A stretch of DNA of 64,000 nt. It comes from Octopus sinensis (Eukaryota). The DNA is taken from contig NC_043004.1 of NCBI RefSeq assembly GCF_006345805.1, positions 33,604,001-33,668,000 of the forward strand. The letters run 5' to 3'. The notes under the pieces are model-generated. The model was not told where the DNA came from, searched no databases, and was given only the letters and a program-made list of their open reading frames with translations. The position numbers and the translations under genes are program-made. Within the stretch, counting starts at the first letter, position 1. Each line of letters begins with the position of its first letter. This document shows positions 35,581 to 46,959 of the stretch, piece after piece.

Positions 35581-37783
35581 TCACCCACTACACTCTCGGA
35601 GTGGTTGGCGTTAGGAAGGGCATCCAGCTGTAGAAACACTGCCAGATCTGACTGGCCTGGTGCAGCCTTCGGGCTCCCCAGACCCCAGTTGAACCGTCCA
35701 ACCCATGCTAGCATGGAAAACGGACGCTAAATGATGATGATGATGATTGCACCAGGACTTATTTTTATGACCTTCGTTCTTAAAGCATCAGTATTTTTCA
35801 CTGAATTGCTAAGCTATAGGGACATAAACAAACCATCACTAGTTTTCCAGTAGTGGTGGGGGAAAACATAAAGACACACACACACAAAGGGCTTCTTTAA
35901 TTTTTCTTCTGCCAAATGCATTCACAAGGCTTTGGTCAGCCCAGTGCTATTATAGATGACACTTGAGCAATGTGCTCACAGCGGGACTGAACCAAAGACT
36001 ACATGATTGGGAAACAAGCTTATTTACCACACAGCCACAACACACACACACCTAAAGTCATGCCTGTACAAATATATATTTCAGTGATGTCTTTGAGAAC
36101 AACATGATTGTCACCTGGTAATTCCCTAATTGAGTAAATTAATAGCCTTTATTAAGAAATCCCTTTTTGCAGCTCACCTAGATAAGACAGATATGTGAAG
36201 AGATGCCAATATCTTTAAGGGAAATCATCCTATGTCAATCGTCGTTATAATTATGTTATTGTTAGATAACAGAGTCACTGGTGGAATATTTTCTGCTTTT
36301 ATCATTGGGATTCAACAGGCCAGATTAATCTTGCATCAAGCAAACTGATATTTTATTCTCCAGCCACAGGAGAAAACTCTATTTTGTACCTCACATTACA
36401 CTTAACAGAATCAATTTCTTCCACATGTATTGCACAAATCCTCCCCAACACCAACAATATGTCAGCGAGGTTGGTGTTGTCAATGCTGTCAGTAAATAGA
36501 CGATGTGCAATCAAGAGAAAATAAATAACTAAAACCAGCATGGACATTCACAGAAACAGCAGTGGAATCACTCGAAGAAGGCCGCGATATTAATATAGAA
36601 AGTATTAGTCTAATATTCATGGTATCTGATATAGAAATTGCTCCTGTGCGTTGCATCTAGAACAGAGTTTTGATTAAGTAGAGTTGAATGGGGTTACTCA
36701 GTAATCAAAAGCAAGCATCAGTATTTTTAGTGATATGAAAGCCATTCAAATTTTAAGTATTTTTAACAAGGAAGCACTTCAATATAGCACAAAGAAGAAT
36801 ATATTATATGTGCGTGTATATATATATAAACACGCATATACATATATCTATCTATTTATCTATCTATCAATCTATCTTTTTATCTATCTAAATATATATT
36901 TATACATACATATATACACATACAATTTATATTATATTTTATTATATATCAGAATATTCATTACTATATTTTCCTGTCCTTTTCATCAGGGTTGTTTTGT
37001 TATTCTTCTTCACTAAAAACATTGCTGTTATTTCATTTTTCCTCCCATCCTGTTCACCGATTCCTGTTTTGCTTGTCACTGTGAAAACACTTTGCTTGAT
37101 TCTTGCATTTTAAGAAATTTTTATTGTTGATAAATTTCAAAACAATACCATTGCTATCAACAACAAATCATTTATTTACAATTATTGCAAAATATTTGGA
37201 ACTTTTTCTCACTTCAAAAGGTTTGATGAATCATAAATATCATTTTTATCTAATATCTAAACATATTCATATTTTTCACTTAATATCGAAATTGTAAACA
37301 ATTTTCTATTCTATATGTTCACCAAGTTTATTTTATTATCAAATTGAGAATTTTTGTTGTTGATGTTATTGATATTGTTGTTGTTTTGTCTTCTGTAAAT
37401 GTGTACACAATAAACTGCATAAAGTTCATTACAGTTATTAATTTCTTCAAGTTTTAATTCATTGCTTCTGGATGTTTATCTGGATTTTACTAACAATCAT
37501 TTTTGTAATTTTATGGTAAATTCTTTAAAGGTGGAAGTATAGAAACATTAATGTTGAGCATTTACTTGCGTTATAATTAAAAATAATTATGGTTTCAAAT
37601 TTTAGCACAAGTCCAGCAATTCTGGTACTTATTTTATTGACCCCAAAAGGATGAAAAACAAAGTTGACCTCAGCAGAATTTGAACTCAGGTCTTAAAGAT
37701 GAATGAAATGCTGAAAAGCACTTGGCCTGGCATGCTTACACATCTATCAGTTCTCCAGCCTATAATTAATAATAATAATAATA

Positions 37784-37833
<50 letters not shown>

Positions 37834-37862
37834 GTAATAATAATAACAATAATAACAACAAC

Positions 37863-37916
<54 letters not shown>

Positions 37917-37964
37917 AATAATAATAAATAATAATAATAATAACAAAGAAATCTTGATTTGTTT

Positions 37965-38117
37965 CAGGTGCAGTTGTGGCTGTGTGGTAAGAAGCTTGCT
38001 TCCCAATTACATGGTTCCAGGTTCAGTCCCACTGTGTAGGACCTTGGGCAAGTGTCTTCTACTATAGCCTTGGGCCAACCAAACTGGATTTAGTAGACAG
38101 AAACTGAAAGAAGCCTG

Positions 38118-38173
<56 letters not shown>

Positions 38174-38395
38174 TTATATGTATGCATTTGTGTGTTTATG
38201 TTTGTTCATCCACCATTGCTTGACAACCGATGTTGGTGTGTTTATGTCCCCATAACTTAGCAGTTCAGTAAAAGAGCCTGATAGAATAAGTACTAGGCAT
38301 ACAAACAAGAAGTTCTGGGGTCGATTTGTTCAACTAAAGGTAGTGCTCTAGCATGGCCACAATCAAATGACTGAAACAAATAAAAGAATAAAATC
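37965..38395 (+). mobile_element. SINE family A
   Basis: Matches 19712-20130. Other copies: ~935-1290 (-), ~15910-16270 (-), ~20640-20800 (+), ~21480-21925 (-), ~28420-29065 (+, interrupted), ~35750-36050 (-), ~52500-53190 (+, interrupted), ~58895-59230 (-). Confidence 0.88.
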
Positions 38396-38980
38396 TCTAA
38401 TCTGAGAAACTAAACATATTTCCAGGTAAAGAAAAAGAAGGCAACCATATTCTCTTGAAGAGAATGAAGATGAGTTGCAGTGGTTAAGATGAACGATGGG
38501 CTAAGCTCATGCTCCAGTTGCTACCAATAGTATTTTGCTGTTGTAGATTATTTCAGCAAGACACAGATGCTCAGTGTTCTGCAGGTCTGTGGAAAATGGA
38601 CATCATTCTAAGGCTGTGTGCAGAGTAAAAGCTGAAGAATTCCAGTGGCATTTGCTTCTTGTCCACATTGCCTCTTCGCCAACATCACTGGACTTATGAA
38701 AGAAGTAAGATGGTGTTGATGCTGGTGTCTTGGTTTGCTGAACAACCTCCATGGTGAATATTATCATAGGGGGCATGGTCTATGCAGAGCCAGTCTCACT
38801 TTCTCATTCTTCAAGATTGTATTGATCTGGTGCAACAAGTGCACCATGGATCAGGAGACAGGATTTGTATGGATTTATCTTCTCTTAGATGAGCAGCTAA
38901 AGAGCCGAAAGGTCTCATCTGCCCTACATCCATTGGAGTGTCAATCATTCTCAGATCTGTTCTGACCAAGAGTATTATGT

Positions 38981-39543
38981 TACTGGGTTTTCTGGAAAGT
39001 TTGTGCCAATTTTTAAAGGAAAAAAAAAAGGTCAATAAATACTTGCCATTACATTTTTAATCAACCAAATATGAACCATTTTGTTGCAAAATGCATCTCT
39101 ATCTTTCCTTTAACTTGAAAATACCCTCTTCCCATAATTGAGGTGGTTTCATGGCAAAGAATTCATCAAGGTATCTTTTTACGTCATCCAAGGAATTGAA
39201 ATTTTACCATTTAGACTATTCTGCAGAGACCTAAATAAGTGGAAATCCGATGGAGCAATATCTGGTGAATATGGAGGGTGGGGTAACACATCCCAACTGA
39301 CCTGCGGCAATTTTTGTCTGGTTCCTAAAGCATCAAGTGCCGAAAATGAACTTTCTTATCTTCCATTTTAAAGGGTTACAGAATTAACACAGGAACATAA
39401 ACCTTCTTCTGCGAAAATATGGTTTAAACTGTGATCTAAATGGAGGTGTAGTCAAATCCTATTTTATGGACTCAACCATGTTCAAAAATAAGTTGAAAGG
39501 TAAGCTACTATAAATTGGCACGAACTTTCTGGACAACCCAATA
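38981..39543 (-). mobile_element. Internally deleted mariner transposon
   Basis: TIRs TACTGGGTTTTCTGGAAAGTTTGTGCCAAT and (reverse complement) TATTGGGTTGTCCAGAAAGTTCGTGCCAAT with TA ends. The minus strand encodes WDVLPHPPYSPDIAPSDFHLFRSLQNSLNGK. Confidence 0.9.
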
Positions 39544-39599
39544 GTTTTATATTATAGCGTCACATAAGATACTTCACCTGTTTTCTTGCTTCAGTTTAA

Positions 39600-40330
39600 T
39601 TTTGAGCTCAGTCCATGAATGACTGCTAATTAACTGTCTATTGTCATCAGCTGAGGTGAGTGTGGATGTATAGGTTGTGGTCAGGCTTAAGTGAGAGAAC
39701 AATTGGAAGAGAGTAGAAACGAACTGTGATAGGATGAGACTGAAGGTGTCAGAAGAAGTGGAAGCCGGTGCATTGGAGAGAGAGAGAGAGAGAGCTTGGT
39801 GGAGTGTTGTCCAGGGAAAAGAGGATGTAGTATGTTGGATTTCAGATGCAGGGTGGAAGGGGTGAAGAGTAGAATGACAATAAAATAAACTTGATAAACA
39901 TATACAATTGATAAGGGTGGGGGTGAATAATGGCATTGAGTAAATAGACTGGCCACGCGGTGAGTCTGAGTGTCAAAGTCATGACTATGGTTACAGAGAC
40001 AGAGGAGAGAGAGAGGAAGTTAGAATAGGGAGTGGTGTGCTAGGTGTAGGCGTGGTGGGAGGAGGAAAAAAAAACCAAGGTAGGGGTGGGAGTTGGTGGT
40101 TTGAAGTAAAGAGAAGTAAGGAGGGTGGGGATGAAATGGTTGGACAGAGAGGATAAAGTGAAGGAAATTGAAGGAATTGTCAGAGATGAATGAGATGAAA
40201 TGGAGAGATGAGTGACAGGATGACAAAGGAGGTGAAAGAGTTTGTGTCTCCATGGCAGAAAGAAATGGTTCAGATAGAATCAAAAATATAATGACTGTAT
40301 AACACTGGGGTGGAGCCAGTGCCACAGTTC
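39600..40330 (-). mobile_element. Old CR1/L2-like LINE remnant
   Basis: Purine-rich plus strand; the minus strand has a degenerate RT motif (TLTSADD) and low-complexity LINE-like residue. Confidence 0.35.
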
Positions 40331-40839
40331 TGCTATAGTCCATTAAGCAGAATATATGAGGAACAAAATTATACAAATTACAGTAAATTTCATCGTTAAA
40401 ACCTATCTGCTCTTACTTCCACCAATAAAAAAATTATTTTCTGCTCATTAAACATAAAGCCCTATATCTGCAATAGAAAACTAGGATTTGGGGATATTAA
40501 GTCTTTCTTCAAAAGATTTTGTAATGAAAGTGAAAAGAATTGGCTTCAGGTTCTAACCAGGAACTTTAACTGGGTTACAAACTTCATTTACTGACAATGT
40601 AATTCCAGTCAAGAATTTCCTTGTTTAATAGAAGAAACCATAAAACATGACAATTCCATTGCTATTGCTTTGTTATTCCTTGTTTCTGTGAATATATTTG
40701 TACTATAGTGCTTACTGTAATTTCACCATTTTCAAGTATTAACTGCAAGTCTTTACACATCAAGCATTTCAATTTTGTCTTCTGCACTGATTTGATAATT
40801 TTGTTCAATACAATTTGACTGTTGCTAAGCCTCCTTATG

Positions 40840-40917
<78 letters not shown>

Positions 40918-40919
<2 letters not shown>

Positions 40920-42057
40920 CTGGATGCTAAAGCTCGTGGAAAATCACGAGAGACGAAAGAAGCTTCATTCCATCATCAAGGAAAGCAAAAAATTTGCTAT
41001 TGATCTCTTGCAGGATACCCAAACTGAACAACCCAAGGGAAGTACGGCAATTATTGTTGCAAAGAAGGTGAAAATGATGGCAATGAAAAAAGCGCACGAG
41101 CAATTGGCTGATAGGTGGGAGGAGAAACCTCTGCACGGCAAATATGTGACCCGCAGCAAACAAGCTGATGTTGACCAGAAGCAAACCCATCAGTGGCTGC
41201 GGAGCTCAGGGCTAAAAGCAGAGAGCGAAGGTTTCATCCTGGCTGCTCAAGACCAAAGCCTATTAACCCGGATCTACCAGGCCAATGTGATGAAAAATGG
41301 AGCAGACCCAAAATGCCGATTCTGCAACGACATGATTGAAACAGTGGACCACCTAATCTCTGGATGTAAAGTCTTAGCACCAGTGGAGTATAAATTAAGA
41401 CATGACAGAGTTGGCCAATATCTCCACTGGCTAATAAGTCGGCATTACAATATCAAAACTGCCGACAAGTGGTATAATCACCACCCTGAGGCTGTAACTG
41501 AAGGAGAAAATGTAACCATTCTGTGGGACTTTCCAGTACATACAGACCGAACCATCAAGGCCAATAAACCAGATATTGTTGTGAAAGACCAAAACAATAA
41601 AGTTTGCTTATTGATTGACATGAGCATCCCCTGTGATCATAATATCTCAGCGAAAGAGTTTGACAAGCTCAGAAAATATAAAGACCTACTCATTGAAATT
41701 GAGAAAATGTGGCATCTCAAGGCGGTTACAATACCAGTGATCGTAGGAGCACTAGGAATGATCAAGAAGGGAACCGAAAATTATATGAGAATGATCCCTG
41801 GTTACCATCCCTGCAAGAAGTGCAAAAGATTGTCTTAACTGGTACATCACACGTATTGAGAAGAGCATTGTCGATGTGAGAACTGTTGCTGCTCATGTAT
41901 TTTAATTTAACTTTAAAAAAAAAAAAAAAAAAAAAATGAACGAACTACTGAGTTTGGTTTAATGGCCTACCAATATACACTATGAGTTTCTTTGCCCTAG
42001 GAGTCGGGAAGACACTCGGCAAGAAATGAAAGAAAATTTGAAAGAAGAAAAAAAAAA

Positions 42058-42059
<2 letters not shown>
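40918..42059 (+). mobile_element. 5'-truncated R4/Dong-type non-LTR retrotransposon (CCHC finger + PD-(D/E)xK restriction-like endonuclease)
   Basis: QWLRSSGLKAESEGFILAAQDQSL, CRFCNDMIETVDHLISGC, NKPDIVVKD...LLIDMSIP, IPVIVGALG. A 1-nt frameshift near 41800 hides the end LPSLQEVQKIVLTGTSHVLRRALSM* (TGA 41877-41879). Flanked by (AAT)n on both sides; the poly-N start of ORF 40822 is microsatellite. Confidence 0.9.
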
Positions 42060-42097
<38 letters not shown>

Positions 42098-42125
42098 TAA
42101 TAATAATAATAATAATGATGATAAC

Positions 42126-42188
<63 letters not shown>

Positions 42189-42739
42189 CTGATGCAGTAC
42201 CAGGCAGTGGCTCTCATGGCTTCTGATCTTAACTGATTGGAAGTGTTATCATGTACATTGTTTTGTCTTGGTATAAAAGATGGGCTACAGCAAATATTCT
42301 GCTCAATACCACAGATTTGCTTGTCAGTTGTTTGACCATAACCAGTTGAGCATGTCCCTTAGTGGCTGACGATATGTGCATCTCTGATCACGAGCAGAAG
42401 TAGTGGGGGAGCATCATAGCCATGTGTTGAGAGGGATTCTTTGGGGTTTGAATAATTCACCTCTGGAAACATGGGTGTTTTGTTCAACATCCTTAAACAA
42501 CCCTTATTCAGGGACCGTTTGATCGGGATGGGCTACTCAACCTGAAGAAAATTCTAACTGGGCCCCACCTGCAAGGTCATGTGCTGTTTATCTTGATATG
42601 AGATCACCATGTCGCGCACATATGGTTGTGATGCATGTTCCTGGTGTACCCTTATCAGACGGGTAGTCATGATGGGTATATTGGGCTTCGTATATTTTAC
42701 CCCAGTGTCACTTTGATGGCATGAACTGCTCTCTCACTC
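42189..42739. mobile_element. Unclassified ~550-bp (AAT)n-associated element, copy B
   Basis: CTGATGCAGTACCAGGCAGTGG...CTGCTCTCTCACTC, with (AAT)n on both sides. Confidence 0.88.
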
Positions 42740-42768
42740 AATAATAATAATAATAATAATAATAATGA

Positions 42769-42799
<31 letters not shown>

Positions 42800-42829
42800 A
42801 AGAAGAAGAAGAAGAAATAATAATTATAA

Positions 42830-43214
42830 CCTACCAAAAACTGAGCAAATATAAAGATCTTGAAATAGAAATCAGCAAAATGTGGAACCTGAAGACTAAA
42901 ACAATACCTGTTGTCATAGGTGCCCTACCTAACTCAGATACCAGGAAACCCAAAAATGGCAGAAATTCAAAAGATAGTGCTCATGGGAACTGCTCATATC
43001 CTACGCAAAATACTTTCTATGTAATCTCAAGTTTTAAAACAAATAATTTTTGTATGGTTTTTTAGACATTCACTAGTACAACACTAAGTACAAAACCAAA
43101 TATACGGCACCCTAGGCATAACACCAATATGAACTTACAACTTGTTGTCTCTTGAGGTCTCTGGGTGAGACTTGGAGCCAACTTGTACAAATATAAAGCA
43201 AAAGTCAAACATAG
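42830..43214 (+). mobile_element. R4/Dong-type 3' fragment (third subfamily) with internal deletion
   Basis: KLSKYKDLEIEISKMWNLKTKTIPVVIGAL...MAEIQKIVLMGTAHILRKILSM*, then a UTR ending in (AAT)n. Confidence 0.8.
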
Positions 43215-43236
43215 AATAATAATAATAATAATAAAT

Positions 43237-43753
43237 GCCCTGATGCAGTACCAGGCAGTGGCTCTCATGGCTGCTGATCTTAACTGATTGGAAGTGTTAT
43301 CATGTACATTGTTTTGTCTTGGTATAAAAGATGGGCTACAGCAAATATACTGCTCAATACCACCGATTTGCTTGTCAGTTGTTTGACCTTAACCAGTTGA
43401 ACATGTCCCTTGTTGGCTGACGATATGTGCATCTCTGATCATGAGCAGAAGTAGTGGGGGAGCATCATAGCCGTATGCTGAAAGGAATTTTTAGAGGTTT
43501 GGCTAATTCACTTTTGGAAACATGGGTGGTTCGTTCAACATCCTTAAACAATCCTTATTCAGGGACCTTTTGAGTGGGATGGGCTACTCGACCAGAAGAA
43601 AATTCTAACTGCACTGTTTATCTTGTTGCGCACATATGGTTGTTATGCATGTGCCTGGTGTACCCTTATCAGACGGATAGTCATGATGGGTATTTTGGGC
43701 TTCGTATATTTTACCTCAGTGTCACTTTGATAGCATGTACTGCTCTCTCACTC
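43237..43753. mobile_element. Unclassified ~550-bp (AAT)n-associated element, copy C
   Basis: GCCCTGATGCAGTACCAGG...CTGCTCTCTCACTC with a small internal deletion; (AAT)n on both sides. Confidence 0.88.
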
Positions 43754-43788
<35 letters not shown>

Positions 43789-43829
43789 TAACAACAACAA
43801 CGACAATGATAATTATGATTATGATGATA

Positions 43830-43861
<32 letters not shown>

Positions 43862-43889
43862 AAAAATAATAATACAAAACACAACACGA

Positions 43890-44816
43890 ATACAAAAGAC
43901 CACATTTTCTGCTACAATGATACTTGCTGCCTTGACTAAATTATTTGTTTCTATGATGTTGTTTGTTCTGATGTATTTCAGAATTTCATTTGCATTTTTC
44001 GTTTCTTGGTTCAAATTCCACCGATTAACCTTTTTAAGGTTGCAAATAACGTCGCTATTGTTCTTCTGTAGCCATGCCTTTATTCTGTTGTAGGTTGCCT
44101 TTTGCCCATCTATCATGTCACCATTAGTTTTATTGTCTTCTACCAAACTCTCTATATGTATCTCATTGAGCCAGCTATCACTATTCCTTTCCTGTGGTTT
44201 ATTAGAGATCTCACCTCTGTTTTCTCCTATGAGATTACTTTTATCAATAAGAACTGTATTTTCATTGTTTCCTCTACTGCTGTTTTCCCAATACCCATCT
44301 TTTGATAACTTTGAGCTCTACTTCTGTGAACCAACAGTTTTTTCTTATTGCTCTAGCTTGATCACACAATCTCTGTTCTGTGAGTTGAAACAATCCTCTC
44401 CATTGATCATACATACGTTTTTGGTATCCCCTAAGAGGAACACGATTTTTGTCTATGGGGTTGTTTAGGTAGTAACACTCCATGACCACAGCATTGACCT
44501 GTTTGTTCCATCTACGCCGTGTGTGCTGGTCCCTTGCTGGGTAACGACAGGCTGGAGTTGGACCAGTATCTCTGAGCCTACTGGGTGCAACACTGTCACC
44601 ATCAAGGTATTCAATCTTCTTACCACCGTTATTCAAAATATTTTTGTTTTTTCATTATCACTCATATGAGGTAGGGATTATCAGGGATTTTATTGTGACA
44701 CCATCACTAGATGTATCATCAATCAGAGCATAGGGAGATTCCAACTGCTTTCTTTCATTATTATTATTAACATCACTGATATTATTATTTTCATTTTTTT
44801 TACTACTATTTGTCAT
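43890..44816 (-). mobile_element. N-terminal part of an R4/Dong-type ORF, decayed and 3'-truncated
   Basis: [17 protein letters not shown]...[11 protein letters not shown]...[20 protein letters not shown] and LKKVNR..L..ET..ANEIL..I.T.NI.ETNNLVKAASIIVAE match the N-terminal region I recall for R4/Dong ORFs. Possible ATG at 44814-44816; (ATT)n/(ATC)n on the flank. Confidence 0.72.
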
Positions 44817-46297
44817 TCTTAATATTTCCTCTGATCTGACATGAGTTTCAGCTAAATTATCATCATCATCATCATTATTATTATTATTTTATTTTGTTAT
44901 ATTTTACCATCCCTATTTGTCAAATCATCATTTATTTTGCATTGCAAATCTTATGTTAGTATTCATGAATTTGATGTTGTTGCTATGGTGATTGTCTTAA
45001 ATTTTTTTCTTTTTGTAATATACAATTTACCAGATGTATTCTGGTTCAAGAATATCAACACCTCATACATTCCTGTATGTCATTGGAAAGGATTGATAGG
45101 GTGAGTGACTCGGAGTGTATTCAACCATAAAATACTCCCTTAGAAGAAAAAAGCTAAAAACATCCAACCCATACCAGCTTCAAAAACTGGATGTAAAACA
45201 AATGATGATGATGATGATGATGATGATGATGCTTGTTTATCAATCTTGGATAAGTTAATCAATCTTGGATTGGTTTGCTTCAGCGATTCTATAACGTACA
45301 TAACTGGTCACTGATGGAATGAAACATCCAATTGGAGTTTATAGCTAGTATGATACCCTCTTACTACCCACAGTAAGGATTTTGTTTAGAGATATTCAGA
45401 TGTTATTCTGAGCCTGTCCACTTAATTCTGGTTTATGTTATATCACAATTTATTGCCAATGGATCTGAGATAATGCATCTCAAGCAAGATGGCTTTTATA
45501 TTTTCCCAGTGAAACTAAAAGTCAAGATTATAAATATGATATTTATGACAAATATTAAACTACAAACATGAACTTTGACAAAAGATATTGGACAGAAAAT
45601 CAGCTTTGCTTTCACTTATAAATAAGAACAGTGTTAATTTATAATGAGAATTTATTCAGTGTCTCACTTTTGACAAAAATGTCTTTGATAGAAATGTAAA
45701 CATATTTATAAGTTAACTCAGTTAGTTGTAAATGAAAGAACATTATATATCATATACATATAGTTATGTGTGTGTGTGTGTGTCTGCACAGACTATGCAA
45801 CAGATATACAACAAAGCAAAATTAACTAATTCTCCATAGACTGTAAAAAAATAACAAACAACCTTAATTGATTTCTGATCCTTATTGGGTTCTCATCAAA
45901 AGTGTCTAATGTTACTTAGCCATTCCCAGAAAAATGATCAACCAGTCTGTTTGTGTACTCAACGAACCCAGTAGCTACAGAGAACTAGGAAGTCTAATTC
46001 GTATATTATCAGTGTTTAACACTTTACCAATACCAGTGGCCTACCAACGACTGTCTCAGTGCACTGAGTACCAAGCTATCATATGCAGTAGGTATGTTAA
46101 CAGGGAAAATTTAATTACTTCTCTTCAACTAAATATTTATAAACAAAGTAGCAAGCTATAAAATCTCAAGAAGAGATAGAGCAGTAATGGATACTAAACT
46201 TGCTACTTTGCTTGTTGCAAATCAGTGATCAATGGTCACTTTAATTATATCGCTGGCAGAAGTGGATCTAAGCTGTCATTCCATTGTGCAGGTGCAT

Positions 46298-46342
46298 GCA
46301 GCTGATGAAGAGCCAATTAGCTTGAAACTGGGCCAGTTCTGC
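46298..46342 (+). ncRNA. Type I hammerhead ribozyme motif
   Basis: GCAG-CTGATGA-A-GAGC-CAATTA-GCTT-GAAA-CTG-GGC-CAGT-T-CTGC. All three stems pair and the core is intact; predicted cleavage after GUU (46338). Confidence 0.7.
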
Positions 46343-46399
46343 GATCCTTTTAGCTGATGGAATTTAGTAAGGGTTCACTCTCCCTGCTAGCGATATATT

Positions 46400-46870
46400 G
46401 CATATAAAGTATGGAGAACATTGCATGGAAACCAACTGGTGGAGAATCTGCCTGGGGTTAAACTTCCAATGGAATTTCAACAACATCAACAGGATATTTT
46501 TGTATGTATGCATATGTACAGATTTGTATGTGTTGCTTTATGTATGCATTCTCATGCATATAGTTGCATATCTAGACATGCTCATATATATTTAAATGAT
46601 AAACTTCTGGAAAGTTTTACAGATCTTTACAGTTCCAGTGATGGATTGGATCTGTAGTCTTCAAATCAGCTTTCTCCTTTCTGGTTTTGAGAAGCCTAAT
46701 TTCTCAAGATAGGCATTTAGGCATTGTGTTACATATCCCAGCACCCCAATAATTACTGATATAAACCTGGACTTGGAATGTGGATTGAGCAACTATAGAT
46801 TCCTCAATAGTTCAGTGTAGGTATTTTCTTTCTTGCTAATCTCTAGCTCAATGTAAACATCCGCTGGGGA
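46400..46870 (-). mobile_element. C-terminal fragment and 3' UTR of another restriction-like-endonuclease non-LTR element
   Basis: PADVYIELEISKKENTYTELLRNL*LLNP...FISVIIGVLGYVTQCLNAYLEKLGFSKPERRKLI*RLQIQSITGTVKICKTFQKFII* (stop 46592-46594). Confidence 0.65.
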
Positions 46871-46959
46871 GCTAAATTACAGTTTGTATATTTTCTAAGT
46901 TGTGAAAAATATGTTAATGTAGAAAGGATTTGCTATTAAATGCTGCAATAAATCGTCAT

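Larger units (their letters stand above)
32065..35746 (+). mobile_element. 5'-truncated RTE-clade LINE: linker + RT, expanded 3' UTR, (ATG)n tail
   Basis: Homology starts at RQKKQAWKAWKNGG (32065). Two -1 frameshifts (~32317, ~32390) precede the intact ORF. The 3' end has TTGGCGTTAGGAAGGGCATCCAGCTGTAGAAA...CCAACCCATGCTAGCATGGAAAACGGACG and a (TGA)n tail. No APE domain in this copy and no TSD found. Confidence 0.92.

Noticed and set aside
34206-35730. Several 64-177-aa ORFs on both strands
   Set aside because: By-products of GC-rich tandem UTR repeats; no domain features.
40822-40917. Poly-Asn N-terminus of the 338-aa ORF
   Set aside because: An (AAT)n target array read in frame with a truncated retrotransposon; not part of the protein.
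43237-43300. U2 snRNA stem-loop IV or HDV-ribozyme similarity at the end of the 550-bp element
   Set aside because: Only a short TGCAGTACC match to U2, and no consistent P1/P1.1 pairing for an HDV fold could be built by eye.
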